Shown here piece by piece: positions 58,270 to 64,000 of a stretch of 64,000 nt of DNA (position 1 is its first letter; the number at the start of each line of letters is the position of its first letter). The translations under genes were made by a program, and so were the position numbers. The DNA is from Macrostomum lignano (lineage: Eukaryota), in contig NIVC01000392.1 in the NCBI GenBank assembly GCA_002269645.1, forward strand, positions 570,850 to 634,849. The letters are read 5' to 3'. The notes beneath the pieces are model-generated. The model had not been told where the DNA came from, ran no database searches, and was given only the letters and a program-made list of their open reading frames with translations.

Positions 58270-60700
58270 CACCAACAACAAAAACAACAACAAGTTACGC
58301 CCCAGGGTCGATGTTGGACGTCACAGGTCGCACCTCAGAGCACGGGAGCGGAGAAAGGCCGGTCCACCGGCCTGGTCGGGGGCGCCAGCATCGGGCAGCA
58401 GGCAGTCCGGATACCGCCGAGTGCGCGCCTGCCCCCGCCGGAAGGGCGCCGGTAGCGCAAGCAGCAGCGTCTCCTGCGCCGGCTCGGGGCAGTACACCTC
58501 AGCGCGGATGAGGTGGCCTGCCAGCTGGAGCCGCCGGCGGCGGAGCAGATCGCTGGGGCGGGCCAGGCGAGCTCGGGCGTACAGCGCCGCGTTGGTGACA
58601 TGCTCGCCGCCGCCGATCTTGAAGGCTCGACCTGTCGCTCGAGCGTCTCCGTCAGCGTCCATGTTTCAGCGTTGTAGAGCAGGACGGTCTCGATCACCGC
58701 CTGGAACAACGCCGAGCGCTGGCGGTCTGGGAGGGCCGCAGAGTGCAGGACGGTCCTCATGGAGTTGAAGGCCGCCCAAGCGAGTCCACGGCGACGCCTC
58801 AGGTCGTCGAAGGCGTCAGGTACCAGGCCGCCGAGGTACACGAACTGCTGAACGCGCGGCAGCAGCGTTGTTTGCCCATCAGCGCCTCGGCAGTAGATGT
58901 CGGCTTGGATGTTGGTGGGCATGGTGAGCACGACGGTCTTTTGCGTGTTGATCACCAGACCGACGCTCGCAGCAACGCCAACCAGACGGTCCAGCTGACG
59001 TTGGGCGCCCTCGACGGTTGAGGACAGCAGGGCGAGATCATCGGCGTAGCCCAGGATGCTGAGGCGACGCTCTGGCTGGCGGCGGCCCACACGGCGTTGC
59101 AGGAGGAAGCCATCGTCGGCTGTTGGTAGGGCAGTCCGCAGCACCCAGTCCAGAACCAGTACAAACAGGAAGGGCGCCAGCGTGTCCCCCTGGAGCACTC
59201 CGGATGACGTGTCGAAGGTGTCCGAGAGGCCGTCTGGCGTCACCACCGCAGCTCTGGTGTTCTGGTACAGCGCCATCGTAGCACTGACCAGTTGCTGCGG
59301 CACGTTGTACGCTCTGAGCACCAGTGGAAGCGCGCTTCTGGCAACCGAGTCGAAAGCCTTCCTGAAGTCGACGAAGACCACAATCAGGCTTGACTGGCGC
59401 GTGCGCGCCTCCTCGATGACTCGCCGAAGGACCAGGATCTGCGTAACAGTGCCGCGTCTAGGCCGGAACCCATTCTGCTCGGTCCGCAGGTAGGGATCCA
59501 GCACGGGCTGCAACCGGGTAAGCAGGAGCCGGTTGAACAGCTTCGCGGCGATGGACATTAGGCAGATGCCTCGATGTTCCTCCAGCTTGGTGGTGCCAGG
59601 CTTCTTTGGTATGCCGACGATGTGTGCCATGGTCCATTCAGTAGGTGCTGGACCTCCGGCAAGCACGCTGTTGATCACACGGGTGACCTCAGTGGCCACG
59701 CAGTTGATGCGCAGCGCCTCGATTGGCACTTCGTCTGGACCCAGCGCCCTGCCACCCGGGGTCTTAAAGGCGAGGGTCACAACATCGGCAGGGGTGACTG
59801 GACTGGTGTTGAACTGCTCCACCGTTGGCACTGGTGTTTCAGGCGGCAGTTGCAGATCAGCTGGCAGCGTGGGCGGCGGCGGTGCATTGACGATGGCGGC
59901 GAAGAACGTGCGCAGACTGTTCTTACGCTCGTCCGGGGTGTCGCCTGCCAGGTTGAGCGCCGCCCGCTGCTTGCGCCCCGTCAGGGTGTTGATGGTGGAC
60001 CAGGCCACGCGGCTCCTTGCGTCAGGGCCTGCAGCAGAGACGGCTCGAATGGCGTCGTCAACGGCGGCGAGCTGCCGCTCCTAGTAGCCAGGGCCTCCCT
60101 CTGCATCGTACGCTGGCTGGCCACTCAGACGGATGCTCTTCACGTTGTCTGCCGCCTGTCTGACCTCCTCATCCTCCATCCTCATCCGCATTAGCGGCAC
60201 CGACTGTTCAGCGGCAGTGCGGACAGCTGCACTGTAGATCAATCTGCACACCTAGAACGCAATTGGAAAGGGCAGAGGATTCAGTCCAGCCTTGTCGTTC
60301 TGCCGTTTGAGCGGAAGAAAGTTGGAAGCTTCGCGAGCCGCTGCCGTAAAGAGCCATTCACTCCGACGAGGTTCCTAGACTGGATGAAGGTCACCAGGAG
60401 GGCGGAGTTGGCGTTGGGCACGCCACAGTTCTTCACCAGGCGGCCATCGGCGGGCAGGGGCGCATTGCATGAAGTCTCCAGCCTCAAACATATAAGGTCG
60501 CGAGCCCGGATTGAGTCCAGGAGGTGGCCAAGTCTGTCATACAGGTCTTCAGTCTCGGCGGGGTCCTCGCTGGTCCTGGGGCAGTGGGGGCGTAGATGCA
60601 GGCGACGTGCAACCGTCGGTCGCCTACGGAGAAGGCCGCGTGGCCGAGTCGGTTTGTCAGGAAGCAGGACCCTATACATCAGGCATACTTTTGGACACCC
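58270..60700 (-). mobile_element. RTE-like LINE, 5'-truncated: degenerate endonuclease, near-intact RT, (TTG)n tail
   Basis: 557-aa ORF with QNGFRPRRGT, FVDFRKAFDSV, GVLQGDTLAPFLF, YADD (59037-59048). APE-like remnants at 60281-60679; frameshift near 58640; TTGTTG tail at 58270-58295. Confidence 0.92.
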
Positions 60701-63479
60701 ATTTTTTTATCTGCAGTAAAACTAGGCCGGAATAAAGCGCTGCTGGTCCACTGAGAATTAGTATTTAGTACAATGCATTTTTGCTTTCCATTTATATGTA
60801 GCTCGTGTTGTGCCCATTAATCCTGAAATAGCCGACTTTCGGTGCTCAGAATAGCTGGGTCATAAAGCCCAGGCATAGCAATTTCTATGAAGAGCGCCCA
60901 ATATATATTCTTCTAACTATCTACGCAGGCGCTTTTTATAATTATAATTAAATAAAGTATAATTCCGGAAGTTCGGATCATTCGATTATTTGTTTGTTTA
61001 CACATTGAATTTTTAGAGTACATACATAAAGCCCAGGCATAGCAATTTCTATGAAGAGCGCCCAATTATATTCTTCTAACTATCTACGCAGGCGCTTTTA
61101 TAATATATAATTAAATAAAGTATAATTCCGCGAAGTTCGGATCATTCGATTATTTGTTTGTTTACACATTGAATTTTTTAGAGTACATATTTAAAAGGCC
61201 GAAAAACTATCCACTTAATCCTGAGACCAGAGGACAGTGTGCCCTTAAAATTCGCTCATAGCAGTGTAACTTAAATTTTTAACAGTTTTTTTGAAAAATA
61301 GTGCCTTCATTTTAAGTAAAAACAGACTTGATTGTTGCAATTGATAAATGATCATTTTACGTACCTTATATATAGAAATTTAAGTTACAAGTTGAATTTT
61401 AAAGAACGCAATTATTGCAAAATACGAAATAGCAATGAAGGTCATACTCTTATCGTATATATACATACTCTTATCGATATATATATAGACTATTACTAAA
61501 CATGCGAGCATCTTTCTTTCTATCATAGTATCAGAGCAGCATCAATTAGCTTATAATTCTGGCTTTTGCACAAAAGAAAAAAATAATAAACTAGGCCTAT
61601 CGCTGAGTATCGCCTAATCCTAATCCTATTATGTCTACTTCAGGTTCAGAGATAGTGTTAGTGACCAATAGTGGGTGCAGTAGGCCTATTCTTAAAATTA
61701 CTCTTCTTAAAACAACATAGGCCAAGCCAAGGGCAATAATTGCAAATATGAATACTGAATTTTTTAAACAAATTTTGTTTTAAATAAAAAAATACATTCT
61801 TAATAAAATGGTGCTAGATATGCCTATTAAAATTTCTATCAATCAAATAATTTATATTTTTAGAGATAGGCCCTATGCCTAGCTATTTATTTTCAATTTA
61901 ATTTTATCAACTTTGGAACCATTTAAAAAGGCAAACTAATGACTAATATTAATAAGGTCTATCTATATATATCAAAAAATGATAAATTTTTGTCTTTAGT
62001 TTAAAGTTCTATTACTAATTTTACTGTTTTTTAGATATCATAAACATAGTCATTGCCTATTGGCATATTTTTATATTATAAATTACACAAGAATAATTAT
62101 TTTTGGCTTTTTTGCAATCTATACTTAAAATTATTAAATTTTAATTATGATTCTTCTTAATCTTAGGCTTAAACTAGACTTAAACGAGATAGTATAGTTA
62201 CATATATGCCATAGATAGAATTTTAGCATATAGAAATGTTTGGCAAAATATAGAATAGAGATTGCTAAGATAATAGATAGGTAGGAGGTAGGACCAAATT
62301 CAGTCATTCAACTGGAGGTTGAGGATAGTTGCTTTTCCTTAGGAAAAAACCAAAGAAATTAAAGGGGAACCAAGTGAATTTTACTTAGATATAGAGCTAT
62401 TTCTTCTACCACCTTAGGTCTTATTCTCTAGAATCTGCCCCTTCCTTTAACAAATTTCTGGTTACGTTACTGACCAAGTTCAAGTTTTGTATAGTCTCTA
62501 TATATGTAAAAAGCAAAATCTTTGTCCCAGGGCTCTTAATTATTCTTTTGTTTAGCCTTACTAGCTGCCACCAAGTTGTCACAGGTGTGTTTCTTCTGTC
62601 TTTTCAAATGATTTCACAGCTGTCACTAAGTTGTCAAAGGCTAATTTCCTGTTTATAAATGTTGGTAGCTGCCACCATGATTATCCTATTAATAAATTAT
62701 GAATTTATCAATCTTGGAATAATCCAAGAAATGTTTCTTAGAATGGGTCTGAGTATATATCTGAGTATTTAGTCTGAGTATTTAGTCTGAGTATTATTCT
62801 TAGAAAACTATTAGCCCTTAAAGATTTTATTCTCTGTTATTCTAGTAGCGTTTATTCTGATTCCAGTAGTGTTTACTATACTTTTGGCCTGAGTGTTCTA
62901 TTGGCTATACTGGTATATTATTCCATATACTTTGGAAGTCCTTGGCGTTATTGAGATCAGAAGGTCATAGCCTCCGGTTATTCTTACACGTATCACTTCA
63001 GATCTACTTCGTATTCTCTTACTACTCAATACTGCTGTGCTTCTCAATAGTATGTAATGTATACTCTTCAGTCTATTTCAATCTTACTTCTTAAAAGGAA
63101 TTAACACAGAAAACAATTCTTCAATTCTTATTTTCTTGGAACTCTTATTCTTTGCTATAGCTATTTCATTAGTGAATGGCAATGCGCGTGTTGGTCTCTC
63201 CTCTGCCGAAAACGCTTCTATTTAATCCTAAAAATTTACTGCTAGTTTAAACAAAAATTAGTTTGCGTAAAATATTATAGAAAATACAAGTATTAAAACA
63301 AAATATGTTTCTCAGTTTTGGCGTCAATTTAAATTGACTAATGGTGACTATTTTATAAAGAAATCTGGAGGGGCCCTGCACATTTTGATCAAAAAGAAGC
63401 CATGCATATCTTTAGATATGTGTCTTATTTGTTTGATAAGTTTCTTATTTGTTCTTATTTGTTGGTTTTTTCCTAATAG

Positions 63480-64000
63480 ACAGGCTTTTTACCTGTTAGA
63501 TAGGTTTTTAACCTATTAGAGAAGCTCTTATACGCATTATATAAGTTTTTACCTATTAGACAAGCTCTTATATTTGTTAGACTGGCTCTTATAACTGTTA
63601 GACAGGTTTTACCTATTAGACAGACTATTTATATCTGTTTTGCAGGTTCTTACCTGTGAGACAACCTTTATATCTGTTAGACAGCTTTTTTGTGAGACAG
63701 GTTCCTATACTGTTAAAAAGGTTCTTACCTATTAGACAGGCTCTTATAACTGTTAGATAGGTCCTTACCTGTTGGACAGGCTCTTACCTGTGACAGGTTC
63801 TTACCTGTTAGACAGTTCTTACCTGTTAGCAGGTTCTTACCTGTTAGACAGGTTCTTACCTGTTAGACAGGTTCTTACCTGTTAGACAGGTTCTTACCTG
63901 TTAGACAGGTTCTTACCTGTTAGACAGGTTCTTACCTGTTAGACAGGTTCTTACCTGTTAGACAGGTTCTTACCTTGTTAGACAGGTTCTTACCTGTTAG
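63480..64000. repeat. 19-bp satellite (CCTGTTAGACAGGTTCTTA)n, runs off window
   Basis: Read directly; copies become more homogeneous toward the edge. Confidence 0.92.

Overview
Eukaryotic, very repeat-rich genomic DNA: GC-rich exons and AT-rich introns that nearly all carry their own tandem array. The style suggests a flatworm such as Macrostomum, but that is inference. Left to right: (1) 1-4388, the internal part of a Ty3/gypsy LTR retrotransposon on the minus strand. It is one long open frame, gag-CCHC-protease-RT-RNaseH-integrase, running off the window edge, with an in-frame cold-shock (CSD) domain between the zinc knuckle and the protease. (2) 4389-12765, two head-to-tail non-autonomous Helitrons carrying 18-bp and 23-bp satellite arrays, one interrupted by a young non-autonomous LTR element. 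(3) A decayed mariner. (4) 16084-49463, a 27-coding-exon minus-strand gene of about 2,940 aa: two RP1-type doublecortin domains, two beta-trefoils and roughly 14-15 PLAT/LH2 domains. All splice phases were checked by hand. (5) 51275-54040, a divergently transcribed 5-exon C8orf74-like (CLAMP domain) gene; RP1L1 and C8orf74 are also head-to-head neighbours in human. (6) 55-61 kb, LINE fragments, then AT-rich low-complexity DNA. The most novel-looking signals are the CSD-bearing gypsy polyprotein, the RP1/C8orf74 head-to-head pair, and a perfect intronic RFX X-box that may mark an internal promoter. No database searches were run; family assignments come from motif recognition.
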